DNA from: an uncultured Actinomycetota bacterium
GTDB lineage: Bacteria; Actinomycetota; Actinomycetes; Mycobacteriales; CADCTP01
Reading direction: 5' to 3'
DNA: 64,000 nucleotides
NCBI GenBank assembly: GCA_963770145.1
Contig: CAVYOJ010000002.1
Span: forward strand, 794,326 to 858,325
The position numbers and the translations under genes are program-made. The notes beneath the pieces were generated by a model. That model saw only the letters and a list, made by a program, of their open reading frames with translations, was not told the DNA's origin and ran no database searches. Below are positions 21,674 to 31,440 of this stretch, piece after piece. Each line of letters opens with the position of its first letter. Positions within the stretch are counted from its first letter, which is position 1.

Positions 21674-23017
21674 ATGGGCAGGCACAGTCGGGAGGGCGAA
21701 CCGGAGTCCGGCGGCGAGCCGGCTGCCGGTGGCCTTGTCGTCGGCCCCTCCGACGAGCACTTCCGCGCGCTCGTCGAGCTGTCCCCGGACGCGGTGTTCG
21801 TGATCGTCGACGGCTACCACGCCTTCGCCAACTGGCGCGGCCTGCAGATGCTCGGCGCCAGCAAGGTCTCCGACCTGCAGACCCGCCCGGCGCTGGACTT
21901 CATGGACGAGTCGATCCGGGTCGAGGCCGAGCAGCGGCTGGCCGGCATGGTCGACGGCAACAACCTCGAGTACGTCGAGGAGACGCTGGTCCGCCTCGAC
22001 GGCCAGGCCGTGCACATCGAGGCCGCCGGCCGGCAGATCTCCTTCGGCGGCCGCATCGGCGCGCTGGTCGTCGCCCGCGACATCAGCGGCCGGCGTAGCT
22101 CGGAGGCGAAGGTCAAGGCGGCGGAGGAGAAGTTCCGCGCCGCGTTCCAGAACGCGCCGACCGGGATGGCGATCGTCGACAAGGCCGGCATGTTCCTCGA
22201 CGTGAACGCCGCGCTGGCCCGGCTGTTCGGCCGCCGGGTCGCGACCTTGCACGGCGACCTGATCTGGCATCACCTGCACCCGGAGGACTCCGAGCGGGTC
22301 CGGGGCGACTTCGCCCGGGTGGTCGAGGGGACCGAGGACGACGTCTCCGGCACCTTCCGCTACCGCACCGGCGCCGGCGGCGACGGCTGGGTGCACGCGT
22401 CGGTCTCCGCGCTGGTCGGCCAGAAGTCCTACATCGTGCACCTGGTCGACGTGACCCAGCAGAAGAACACCGAGTACGACCTGCACCGCAAGGCGACCCA
22501 CGACCCGCTGACCGGGCTGCCGAACCGCGGGCTGGTGCTGCACAAGCTCGGCGCCGCGCTGCGCTCGCTGCGGGCCGAGCCGGGCCAGGTGCACGTGCTG
22601 TTCGCCGACCTGGACGGGTTCAAGCAGGTCAACGACGTGCACGGGCACGCGGTCGGCGACCGGGTGCTGCGCGCGGCGGCCGAGCGGATGCGCGGCGCGC
22701 TGCGGCCGACCGACACGATCGGCCGGCTCGGCGGCGACGAGTTCGTGGTGATCCTCAAGAGCCTGCCGCACGAGGTGCCGGCCGAGGAGATCGCGCACCG
22801 GCTGGCCCAGGCGGTCGCCGCGCCGGTCGCGTTCGAGGGCGGGATCGTCAACGTGCGGGCCAGCATCGGCCAGGCGTCGACCGACGACCCCGACTTCCCG
22901 GCCGCCCGCCTGCTCGGCGCCGCGGACGCGAACATGTACAAGGTCAAGCAGGCGACCCGCAACGCCGAGAGCTACGTCCCGCACCAGTCCGCGCCCCCAC
23001 TGCGGGCGGTGAAATAG
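21674..23017 (+). CDS. PAS-PAS-GGDEF diguanylate cyclase
   Basis: Intact 447 aa. Two PAS-like segments are followed by ATHDPLTGLPNR and RLGGDEFVVIL. Confidence 0.88.
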   Translation: MGRHSREGEPESGGEPAAGGLVVGPSDEHFRALVELSPDAVFVIVDGYHAFANWRGLQMLGASKVSDLQTRPALDFMDESIRVEAEQRLAGMVDGNNLEYVEETLVRLDGQAVHIEAAGRQISFGGRIGALVVARDISGRRSSEAKVKAAEEKFRAAFQNAPTGMAIVDKAGMFLDVNAALARLFGRRVATLHGDLIWHHLHPEDSERVRGDFARVVEGTEDDVSGTFRYRTGAGGDGWVHASVSALVGQKSYIVHLVDVTQQKNTEYDLHRKATHDPLTGLPNRGLVLHKLGAALRSLRAEPGQVHVLFADLDGFKQVNDVHGHAVGDRVLRAAAERMRGALRPTDTIGRLGGDEFVVILKSLPHEVPAEEIAHRLAQAVAAPVAFEGGIVNVRASIGQASTDDPDFPAARLLGAADANMYKVKQATRNAESYVPHQSAPPLRAVK

Positions 23018-23165
23018 GGCAATCGTCCCGGGCGGGATGTCCTACGCTGGGGCGCGCCGTGCGGCGCGCGTGGTTGGCTGGTCACCTCGGCGACAGCGGT
23101 CGCCGGCCGGGCCCTCGTTCGGGGCGGGATCCGGGCGCGGCCGCGGAGAGGGTGGTCGAGCGCCG

Positions 23166-24077
23166 GTGAGGTCCGGGTTGCTGGTGGTCCTGGCCGTGCT
23201 GCTGGTCGCCGGATGCACGGGCGACGACCAGCCGGCCGCCAAGCCGCAGCCCAAGGTCACCGTCGGCGCCGGCCTGTCGGCCGAGCAGCAGATCATCGCC
23301 AGGATGTACGGGCAGGCGCTGAGCAAGGCCGGCTTCGACGTCACCATGAAGCTCGACGCCGGCGCCCGCACCGCGTACGTGCCGGCGCTGGAGCGCGGCG
23401 ACCTCGACGTGGTGCCCGACTACCTCGCGCCGGTGACCGACTACCTGCGGGCCGGGGTGCCGGTCGCGCACCGGCCGCCGGCCGCCAGCGGTGACGTCGA
23501 GCACACCGCGTACGTGCTCGACGAGCTGCTGGCGCACCAGCCGCTCGGGGTGACCCGGCCGTCGCTGGCGACCGACCAGACCGCGCTGGCGGTGTCGAAG
23601 ACGCTCGCCGACGACGAGAACCTCGTCGACGTCTCCGACCTGCGCCGGCTCAACGGCACGCTGGTGCTCGGCGGCCCGGACGGCTGCAGCACCGACGCGC
23701 TCTGCCTGCTCGGCCTGCAGGACCGGTACGGCCTGCGGTTCAAGCGGGTGGACGAGCTCGGCGAGGTGTCCGGCCAGCCGATCTTCGACGCGCTGCGCAA
23801 GGGCACCGCGGACGTCGGCTCGGTGCAGTCCTCGGACGGCGAGATCGCCGCCGAGAGCCTCGTCGTGCTGCGCGACGACAAGCTGCTCCAGCCGGCCGGC
23901 AACATCATCGCGCTCTACCGCGCCGAGCTGCCGGCTCCGGCCCGGGCCGTGGTGGACAGCGTGAACCGCGCGCTGACCACCGAGAAGCTGCAGGAGCTGA
24001 ACAAGCGCCAGGACCTGGACGGGCAGGACCCGGACGGGCTGGCCAAGCGGTTCCTGCAGGACGCCCGGCTGATCTGA
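23166..24077 (+). CDS. glycine betaine/osmoprotectant ABC transporter substrate-binding lipoprotein (OpuAC family), orphan
   Basis: GTG 23166, lipobox LLVAGC. LSAEQQIIARMYGQALSKAGFDV...YVPALERGDLDVVPDYL fits the OpuAC pattern. No cognate permease or ATPase lies adjacent. Confidence 0.8.
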   Translation: MRSGLLVVLAVLLVAGCTGDDQPAAKPQPKVTVGAGLSAEQQIIARMYGQALSKAGFDVTMKLDAGARTAYVPALERGDLDVVPDYLAPVTDYLRAGVPVAHRPPAASGDVEHTAYVLDELLAHQPLGVTRPSLATDQTALAVSKTLADDENLVDVSDLRRLNGTLVLGGPDGCSTDALCLLGLQDRYGLRFKRVDELGEVSGQPIFDALRKGTADVGSVQSSDGEIAAESLVVLRDDKLLQPAGNIIALYRAELPAPARAVVDSVNRALTTEKLQELNKRQDLDGQDPDGLAKRFLQDARLI

Positions 24078-24144
24078 GCCCGCCGGCAGCACGCCGGGCG
24101 GCTCATCTGCACGCTCGTCCAGGTGGGTCCCCTATGGTTGGCCC

Positions 24145-25016
24145 GTGGCCCGCTCCAGCTCAGGGGGCCGGGGTGGCCTGCGCACGCTCGCGCTGGTCGC
24201 CGCGGTGGCGATCGCGCTCGCCTCGACCGCGGCGGTGGTGCTCAGCGACGATCCGGAGACGCTGCGGCTGGCGGTGGTCGGCGCGCTCTGGGCGTTCGTG
24301 CTGGCCGCGTTCGCGGCGCCGCGCCGGCGGGAGTCCGGGTGCGCCGGCCGGCGACCCCGGCAGCGCGCTGGAGCTGCGCCGGACGTACGAGATCGAGCTG
24401 GAGAGGGAGGTCGCCGCCCGCCGCGAGTACGAGCTGCAGCTGGAGGTCTACCTGCGCCGCGAGCTGGAGCGCGGGCTGGCCGAGGACGTGGCCGCGCTGC
24501 GGGACGAGGTCGGCCGGATGCGCGGCGAGATGATCGACCGGCTCGACGGCGAGCTGCGGATGGAGCGGATCGAGACCACCCGGTTGATCGGCGGCAGCCT
24601 GCGGGCGCTGCAGGACGAGGCCAGGCGGCTCGGCATCGGCATGCCGGTCCCGCCCGAGCTGACCGCCGACTATCCGCCGGACCCGCTCGGCTACGGGGCC
24701 GCGAACGGCGTGGGAGACTACGGCCGCGCCGGCGGGCAGCCCGGACTTCGGTGCGCCGAGCGGCCCGTCGAACTACCCGCCGTCCGAGCGGATTCGGCGA
24801 TCCGGCGCCGCCGCCGCCGGGGTACGGCGCCGCCCCGGCGTACCCGCCGTACCAGTCGTACGCGGCAGCCCGAGCCAGCGTCCGCCGGCGCCGCCGCCGA
24901 CCGGCCCGCCGGTGCCGAGAGCGCCCGCCGCGGGCGAGTCGGTCCCGCCGCGCCGGCGCCGCGCCCGCGAGGACGGGGAGGACAACGAGGTCATGTCCCG
25001 GCTGCTGGGCCGCTGA
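24145..25016 (+). CDS. hypothetical membrane protein with coiled-coil and Pro/Tyr-rich tail (Rv3604c-like position)
   Basis: Two TM helices (LALVAAVAIALASTAAVVL, LAVVGALWAFVLAAFAA) are followed by the charged coiled coil ELRRTYEIELEREVAARREYELQLEVYLRRELERG. The tail contains GFGDPAPPPPGYGAAPAYPPYQSY and ends RRRRAREDGEDNEVMSRLLGR-stop at 25016. At least 2 and probably about 5 +1 shifts are needed. Confidence 0.55.
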
Positions 25017-25049
25017 CCGGTCCCGGATGCGCCGACTACCATCCGAGGG

Positions 25050-25800
25050 GTGACTTCCCCGATGCTGGCGTTCACCGGCGTCGGCCGGACCTTCCCCGAC
25101 GGCACCCAGGCGTTGCACGACGTCGACCTCACCGTGGACAGCGGCGAGTTCGTCTCGGTCGTCGGCCCGTCCGGCTGCGGCAAGAGCACGTTGCTGCGGC
25201 TCGCGTCCGGCCTCGACAGCCCGACGAGCGGGCAGGTCGACGTCGCCTCGAAGCGGGTCGGCTTCGTCTTCCAGGACCCGACGCTGCTGCCCTGGCGCAC
25301 CGTCCGCAGGAACGTCGAGCTGCTGGCCGAGCTGGAGCACCTGCCCAAGGCCGAGCGCCGGGCGCGGGTGACCGAGGCGATCGGCCTGGTCGGGCTGACC
25401 GGCTTCGAGAAGCACCGGCCGCGCTCGCTGTCCGGCGGAATGCGGATGCGCACGTCGCTGGCCCGCTCGCTGGTGCTGCAGCCGGACGTCTTCCTGTTCG
25501 ACGAGCCGTTCGGCGCGCTGGACGAGATGACCCGGGAGCGGCTCAACGACGAGCTGCTCGCGCTGTTCGCCGACCGTGGCTTCGCGGCGCTGTTCATCAC
25601 CCACTCGGTCGCCGAGGCGGTCTACCTGTCCACCCGGGTCGTGGTGATGTCCACCGCGACCGGGCCACATCCTCGGCGACGTGTCGGTCCCGTTCGGTTA
25701 TCCACGCCAGCCGGACATGCGCTATTCGGAGGAGTTCGCCAAGGTCGCCGGCGAGGTCTCGGACCTGCTCCGGGACGTGCCGCGCCGGCCGGCCCGGTGA
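25050..25800 (+). CDS. ABC transporter ATP-binding protein (NitT/TauT family)
   Basis: Walker A GPSGCGKST, signature LSGGMRMR, Walker B VFLFDEPFGALD. A +1 shift near 25654 (extra A) restores RPGHILGDVSVPFGYPRQPDMRYSEEFAKV...RRPAR-stop. Confidence 0.88.
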
Positions 25801-25807
25801 CGGGCCG

Positions 25808-26590
25808 GTGACGGCGGCGGACGACCGGCTGGCCAGGACGCAGGCGTTCTGGGACTCGCTGACCGGCGCGGAGGGGGAGTTCGCCCGACAGGGTGAATAC
25901 GGGCGGGCGATGTGGGCCGCCGAGCCCAACTGGGGTGACTGGAACATTCCGGAGGCCGAGCTGCGGCTGCTGCCGGACGTGGCCGGGATGGACACGATCG
26001 AGCTCGGCTGCGGCACCGCGTACTTCTCCGGCTGGCTGGCCCGGGCCGGCGCCCGTCCGGTCGGGGTGGACGCGTCCGAGCGGCAGCTGTCGCTGGCCCG
26101 CGCGCTGCAGGCCGAGCACGGCGCCGACTTCCCGCTGGTGCACGCCGACGCCGAGCGGGTGCCCTACCCGGACGCCAGCTTCGACCTCGCCCTGTCCGAG
26201 TACGGCGCGAGCAGCTGGTGCGATCCGTACCGGTGGGTGCCGGAGGCGGCCCGGCTGCTGCGGCCGGGCGGCTGGCTGCTGTTCCTCGTGGTGAGCCCGA
26301 TCCTGACTCTCTGCAGTTTTCCGGACGGGTCGGCGCAGGCCGGCGACCGGCTGGTCCGGCCGTACTTCGGGATGCACGAAACGGACACGCCGGCGTTCGG
26401 GACGACCGAGTTCCAGCTGCCGTACGGGCAGTGGGTGCGGGTGCTGCAGGAGGCCGGCTTCACCCTCGAACGGCTCGAAGAACTGCAGGCACCGGCGGGT
26501 GCGAGCACTCCGTGGCCGTTCGTGGACGCGGCGTGGGCCCACCGCTGGCCGTCGGAGTGCGTCTGGGTGGCCCGCAAGCGCGCGGCCTGA
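25808..26590 (+). CDS. class I SAM-dependent methyltransferase
   Basis: This is the in-frame tail of ORF 24134-26590, from GTG 25808. Motif I TIELGCGTAYFSGWLA, plus FDLALSEYGASSW and RLLRPGGWLLFL. Confidence 0.85.
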   Translation: MTAADDRLARTQAFWDSLTGAEGEFARQGEYGRAMWAAEPNWGDWNIPEAELRLLPDVAGMDTIELGCGTAYFSGWLARAGARPVGVDASERQLSLARALQAEHGADFPLVHADAERVPYPDASFDLALSEYGASSWCDPYRWVPEAARLLRPGGWLLFLVVSPILTLCSFPDGSAQAGDRLVRPYFGMHETDTPAFGTTEFQLPYGQWVRVLQEAGFTLERLEELQAPAGASTPWPFVDAAWAHRWPSECVWVARKRAA

Positions 26591-26803
26591 TCAGCCGAGT
26601 GTCCGTCCGGCGAAGCAGGCTAGGCACCAGTTGCCATCACTATGCGTCATTGCTCCGCCACCCCGATGCGGCTTCAGAGGGAGGTGCTATACGGTGTCTC
26701 GACGCGGGGGTCTACGGAGAGGCAGATCGGCAACACAGAGGGTGTGGTACACAGCACCAACGGTGATTGCCGCCGCCAGGGTCGAGGTCCGGGAGGCGTT
26801 CGG
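26591..26803 (+). promoter_or_regulatory. 213-nt lower-GC leader with mutually exclusive helices upstream of the ABC permease (candidate cis-regulatory RNA, class unknown)
   Basis: Helices read by eye: GGTGCT 26683-88 with AGCACC 26753-58; ACAC 26733-36 with GTGT 26742-45; alternative CACC 26755-58 with GGTG 26762-65; CTCGAC 26698-703 with GTCGAG 26781-86. The last lies just 5-prime of SD GGGAGG 26791-96. The ATG is at 26804. Confidence 0.35.
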
Positions 26804-27685
26804 ATGAGCGTGGACACCCGTTTGCCAGAAACGGGTGCGGGAGGCGTCGTCGGCGCCGCTGTCGGTAAGCCCCCTCCTCGGCGCCGTCGCCGGAGCCTGA
26901 TCAGCACCTGGGTGCCGCCGCTGGTGACGCTCGGGGTGTTCCTCGGGATCTGGTACTACGTCTCGTACGTCGGGCTCGACGCCGATCGTCGCTTCCTGCT
27001 GCCGCCGCCGCACCGGGTGATCCAGGTGTCGTTCCTGGACTCGGCCAACCGCACCGACATCCTCACCGCGTTGTGGCTGTCCACCTGGATCGCGGCGCTC
27101 GGGCTGCTGATCGCGATCGTGATCGGGATGGCCCTCGGCATCGCGATGTCGCAGGCGCGCTGGGTGGAGCGCTCGATCTACCCGTACGCGGTGATCCTGC
27201 AGTGCATCCCGACGCTGGCGCTGGTGCCGGTGATCGGGTTCTGGTTCGAGTTCGGCCTGACCAGCCGGCTGATCGTGACGGTGCTGATCGCGATCTTCCC
27301 GATCATCTCCAGCACGCTGTTCGGGCTGCAGTCGGCCGAGCGCGGCCAGCACGAGCTGTTCACGCTGCACCACGCCAACCGGCTGGTCCGGCTGTGGAAG
27401 CTGCAGCTGCCGGCGGCCATGCCGGCGATCCTCACCGGCTTCCAGGTCGCGGCGACGCTCGCGGTCGTCGGGTCGGTGGTCGGCGACTTCTTCTTCAAGC
27501 AGGGGGACGCCGGCATCGGCGTGCTCATCGATGTCTACCGGGCCCGGCTGCTGTCCGAGCAGCTGTTCGGCGCCGCGACTCGCCGCGTCTCTGCTCGGCG
27601 TGTTCGCGTTCTGGCTGTTCGGGCTCATCAACCGGATCGTCACCGGCCCCTGGTACGGCTCCACCGCGTACGACAGGCCGGCCTG
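26804..27685 (+). CDS. ABC transporter permease (NitT/TauT family, BPD_transp_1)
   Basis: Six TM segments and the EAA-like loop LFGLQSAERGQHELFTLHHANRLVRLWKLQLPAAMP. A +1 shift near 27578 (extra A) restores LAASLLGVFAFWLFGLINRIVTGPWYGSTAYDRPA-stop. Confidence 0.85.
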
Positions 27686-27752
27686 ACCCCACTCTTCCCT
27701 CCCGCGCCGGCCCGAAGCCGGACCGCACCACCCCGCACAAACGAGGAGAACA

Positions 27753-28938
27753 ATGCGTCCACGCAAGCTCGTTCCGGTGGCAGCCGGACTCACCCTCCTG
27801 CTGGCCGCTGCCGCCTGCACTAGCAGCGACAGCGGATCCACCGACAACAGCGCGCCGGCGCCGAAGGCCTCGGGGGCGGCCCTCTCGCTCAAGGGCACCT
27901 GCCCGGACACGATCGTCATCCAGACCGACTGGTTCACCGAGAGCGAGTACGGCGGCATCTACCAGCTGCTCGGCCCGGGCTACACGGTCGACACGAAGAA
28001 GAAGCTGCTGCGCGGTCCGCTGGTGGCCTCCGGCCAGGACACCGGCGTGCAGGTGGAGATCCGCAACGGCGGCCCGGCGATCGGCTACCAGACGGTCAGC
28101 GCGCAGATGTACGCGGACAAGTCGATCACCCTCGGCCAGGTCAACACCGACGAGGCGATCGCGAACTCCAAGTCGCAGCCGACCCTCGCGGTCATGGCGC
28201 CGCTGGAGATCAGCCCGCTGATGATCCTCTGGGGCACGAAGGCGCACCCGGACTTCAACACGATCGCCGACATCGGGCAGACCGACACCAAGATCCTCTA
28301 CTACCAGACCGACGCGTACGCGCAGTACCTGATCGGTGCCGGCCTGGTGCGGGCCAGCCAGATGGACGGCTCGTACGACGGCACGCCGTCCCGCTTCGTC
28401 GCCTCGGACGGGACGATCGCGAACGCCGGGTTCGCCACCTCGGAGCCCTACATCTTCAAGAACGAGCTGCCAAGGGCCAGCTCGATACGACACGCACCTG
28501 CAGCTGATCAACGACACCGGCTACCCGATGTACAGCGAGGCGCTGTCCATCCGGGCCGAGGACAAGGACAAGCTGGCGCCCTGCCTGAAGAAGCTGGTCC
28601 CGATCCTGCAGCAGGCCTCGGTCGACTTCATCACCAAGCCGGGCCCGACCAACGAGCTGGTCATCTCCACGGTGAAGAAGATGAAGGACTTCTGGACGTA
28701 CTCGCCGGGCATGGCGGACTACGCGGTGAAGACGCTGAAGAGCCTCGGCCTGGTCGGCAACGGCCCGGACAAGACGCTGGGCAACATCCAGGACAGCCGG
28801 ATCCAGCGGATGATCGACATCCTGACGCCGATCTACGCCGCGCAGCACAAGGAGATCAAGGCCGGCCTGAAGCCGTCCGACGTCTACACCAACGAGTACA
28901 TCAACCCGGCCATCGGGCTGGCCGCGTCCTCGAAGTAG
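27753..28938 (+). CDS. ABC transporter substrate-binding lipoprotein (NMT1/THI5-like fold)
   Basis: Lipobox LLAAAAC. The mature part starts ...TIVIQTDWFTESEYGGIYQLLG. A +1 shift near 28465 joins it to ORF 28336-28938 (HLQLINDTGYPMYSEALSIRAED...). Confidence 0.82.
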
Positions 28939-28951
28939 TGACCGTCGGAGC

Positions 28952-28983
28952 AAGGGGGCGCGCGGGCCGCCGCGCGCCCCCTT
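28952..28983 (+). terminator. strong intrinsic-terminator-like hairpin after the binding-protein gene
   Basis: AAGGGGGCGCGCGG-gccg-CCGCGCGCCCCCTT forms a 14-bp perfect stem with a 4-nt loop, followed by CTC. It starts 14 nt after stop 28938. Confidence 0.65.
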
Positions 28984-29001
28984 CTCGTCCGGGCCCGGCA
29001 C

Positions 29002-30341
29002 GTGCTCACGTCCGGGCCCGACGGGCACCTGCGCGACGGCGCGGTCGCGGTCGCCGGCGACCGGATCGCCGCGGTCGGGCCGTACGAGCGGCTGCGCGCC
29101 GGACTTCCCGGACGCCGAGGTGGTCGGCGACGGCACCGGCATCCTCACCCCGGGCCTGATCAGCACGCACGGGCACTTCTCCGAGGGCCTGGTCACCGGG
29201 ATCGGCGAGACGCACACGCTCTGGGAGTGGTTCGTCCACGTCGTCGGCCCGATCGAGCCGCACCTGACCCGCGAGCTCGCGTACGTCGGGACGCTGCTCA
29301 AGGGCGCCGAGATGGCGCTGTCCGGGGTCACCACGGTGGCCGACATGTTCTGCCACGCGCCCGGGCCGGAGCCGTCCACGCCCGGCGTCGTGCAGGGCGC
29401 TGACCGAGCTGGGCCTGCGCGGCGACGTCTCGTACGGGGCGCAGGACGACAGCAACCCGCGGCCGCTCAAGCTCGTGCTGGCCGAGCACGAGGCGCTGCG
29501 GGAGGCGGCCGCGGCCAGCGACCGGAGCCGGTTCCGGGTCGGGCTGGCCACCGTGCCGGCCGCCTCGGACGAGCTGATCGGGGCGACCGTCGAGCTGCTG
29601 CGGGACACCCCGCGGCTGCACGTCCACCTGCACGAGGTGCGCGAGGAGGTCACCCACTCGCGCAGCACCCGCGGCGTCGGCTCGATCGAGTACGCGGCCA
29701 GGGCCGGGCTGCTGGACGCGCAGGTGCTCGCCGCGCACTGCGTCTGGCTGGACGACACCGACGTCGACCTGCTGCGCGAGCACCGGGTCGCGGTCGCGCA
29801 CAACCCGGTCTCCAACATGATCCTCGCCTCCGGGGTGGCGCCGGTGCCGCGGCTGCTGCGGGAGGGCGTCACGGTCGGCCTCGGCCTGGACGGCCCGGCC
29901 AGCAACGACAGCCAGGACATGCTGCAGACGATGAAGGTCGCCGCGCTGCTGCAGAAGGTGCACCACCTGCAGGCCAGGGCGATGACCGCGCCGCAGGTGC
30001 TGGAGCTGGCCACGATCGGCGGGGCGAGGGCGCTCGGGCTGGACGCCGAGGTCGGCTCGCTCGAGCCGGGCAAGCAGGCCGACCTGGTGCTGTTCGCCGA
30101 GGCCAGCCCGTCGCTGTCGAACGTGCACGACCCGTACCAGGAGCTGGTCTACTGCGCCTCGCCGCGGGACGTGCACACGGTCTGGGTGGCCGGCACGCCG
30201 GTGGTCAGCCAGGGCCGGGTGCTCGGCGTCGACCTGGCCGAGCTGCTGCCGCGGGCCCGCGAGCTGGCGGTGAAGCTGGCCGTCGACGCCGGCCTGGACT
30301 CCGAGCTCGCCCGGGAGCACCGGCCCGATCCGGGTAGGTAG
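29002..30341 (+). CDS. amidohydrolase family protein (TRZ/ATZ / SsnA / nucleobase-deaminase-like)
   Basis: GTG 29002 is the only start after the hairpin. VLTSGPDGHLRDGAVAVAGDRIAAVG, metal site LISTHGHFSEG, then HVHLHE, VAHNPVSNM and GLGLDGPASNDSQDM. +1 shifts occur near 29100 and 29397. Confidence 0.82.
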
Positions 30342-30381
30342 CGTACGGGGACGGCCGATTCCCGGCTCGGCGGGAGGAACG

Positions 30382-31389
30382 ATGACGATCACCCTTCCGG
30401 ACACCGATGCGGTCGACGAGCACGGCTACGTGCCGGTCATCAGCCTCGCCGGGCTGGACGACCCGGCGCGGCGGGCGGAGATCGCGGGCCAGCTCGGCAA
30501 CGCGCTGCGCCGCAGCGGGTTCTACGTGGCGGTCGACCACTTCGTGCCGGACGCGGTCTTCCGGCGGCTGAACGAGGCGGCGCTGGAGTTCTTCCACCGG
30601 CCGGAGGAGGAGAAGGCGCGCTGGGGGCCGTCCCAGCAGGACGCGACCCGCCGCGGCTTCACCTCGCGCTACCGGGCGGCCAGCGGCATCGGCGTGCACA
30701 CCGACGAGGACGCGGCCGAGGCCTGGGCGTTCAACCCGTACGACGAGGCGCTGGGCTGGCGCGACCTGCAGGCGCTGCCGCCGCGCTACCGGGCGGCTTT
30801 CGTGCACCCCAACCGGATCCCCGACACCCCGGGCTTCCGCGAGTCCGCGCTGGCCTACTTCGCGGCGATGGAGAGCCAGGTCTTCTCGCTGCTGGCGCTG
30901 CACGCGCTCGACCTCGGGCTGGCCCCGGACCACTTCACCCGGCTCTGCGCCGGCTCGATGACCAACCTGGTGGTCAACCACTACCCGGAGCAGAGCAGGA
31001 CCCCGCTGCCCGACCAGAGCTGCCTCGGCCCGCACACCGATCTCGGCATGATGACCGGCCTGCTGCACTCCGGCCAGCGCGGGCTGCAGGTGGTCGACCG
31101 GGAGAACCCGACGGCGTGGATCCCGGTGCCGACCGTGCCCGGCGGCCTCGTGGTCAACGCCGGCGACCTGCTGGTGCTGGTCTCCGGCGGGCGCTACCGG
31201 TCGGCGCTGCACCGGGTGGTCTGCGCGGAGAAGGAGGAACGGATCTCGGTCCCGGTCTTCGTGCAGCCGGCGCCGCAGACGGTGGTGGCGCCGGCGCTGC
31301 CGCCCGCGCCCGGCACCGAGGCCGGCCAGCCGGTCGAGTTCGGCGACTACTTCGCCGAGCGGATCGGGCTGATGTACGCCGAGCGCTGA
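30382..31389 (+). CDS. 2OG-Fe(II) oxygenase (isopenicillin N synthase-like family)
   Basis: Intact 335 aa. DIOX_N-like N-terminus, iron triad GPHTDLG ... SALHRV, and RISVPVF. Confidence 0.88.
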   Translation: MTITLPDTDAVDEHGYVPVISLAGLDDPARRAEIAGQLGNALRRSGFYVAVDHFVPDAVFRRLNEAALEFFHRPEEEKARWGPSQQDATRRGFTSRYRAASGIGVHTDEDAAEAWAFNPYDEALGWRDLQALPPRYRAAFVHPNRIPDTPGFRESALAYFAAMESQVFSLLALHALDLGLAPDHFTRLCAGSMTNLVVNHYPEQSRTPLPDQSCLGPHTDLGMMTGLLHSGQRGLQVVDRENPTAWIPVPTVPGGLVVNAGDLLVLVSGGRYRSALHRVVCAEKEERISVPVFVQPAPQTVVAPALPPAPGTEAGQPVEFGDYFAERIGLMYAER

Positions 31390-31440
31390 CGCCTGGTCCG
31401 GCGGACCGGGCTGATCCCGCCGGGCCGGTGCTGCCCGGCG

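Noticed and set aside
26591-26803. TPP (THI-box) or ZTP riboswitch upstream of the NMT1/THI5-like transporter genes.
   Set aside because: I could not find the THI-box hallmarks (CUGAGA ... ACCUGAUCUGGAUAAUGCCAGCG-like core). The ZTP 5-prime core (GGGUCGUGACUGGCG) is also absent. Only a weak CCGCCAGGG resemblance to the ZTP 3-prime tail exists. The region is kept as an unclassified leader instead.
26642-26803. N-terminal 54-aa extension of the ABC permease from ATG 26642 (as in the ORF track, 26642-27823).
   Set aside because: Third-position GC in this stretch is far below that of the gene body and the sequence is hydrophilic. ATG 26804 has a well-spaced GGGAGG RBS and is followed by a typical permease N-terminus.
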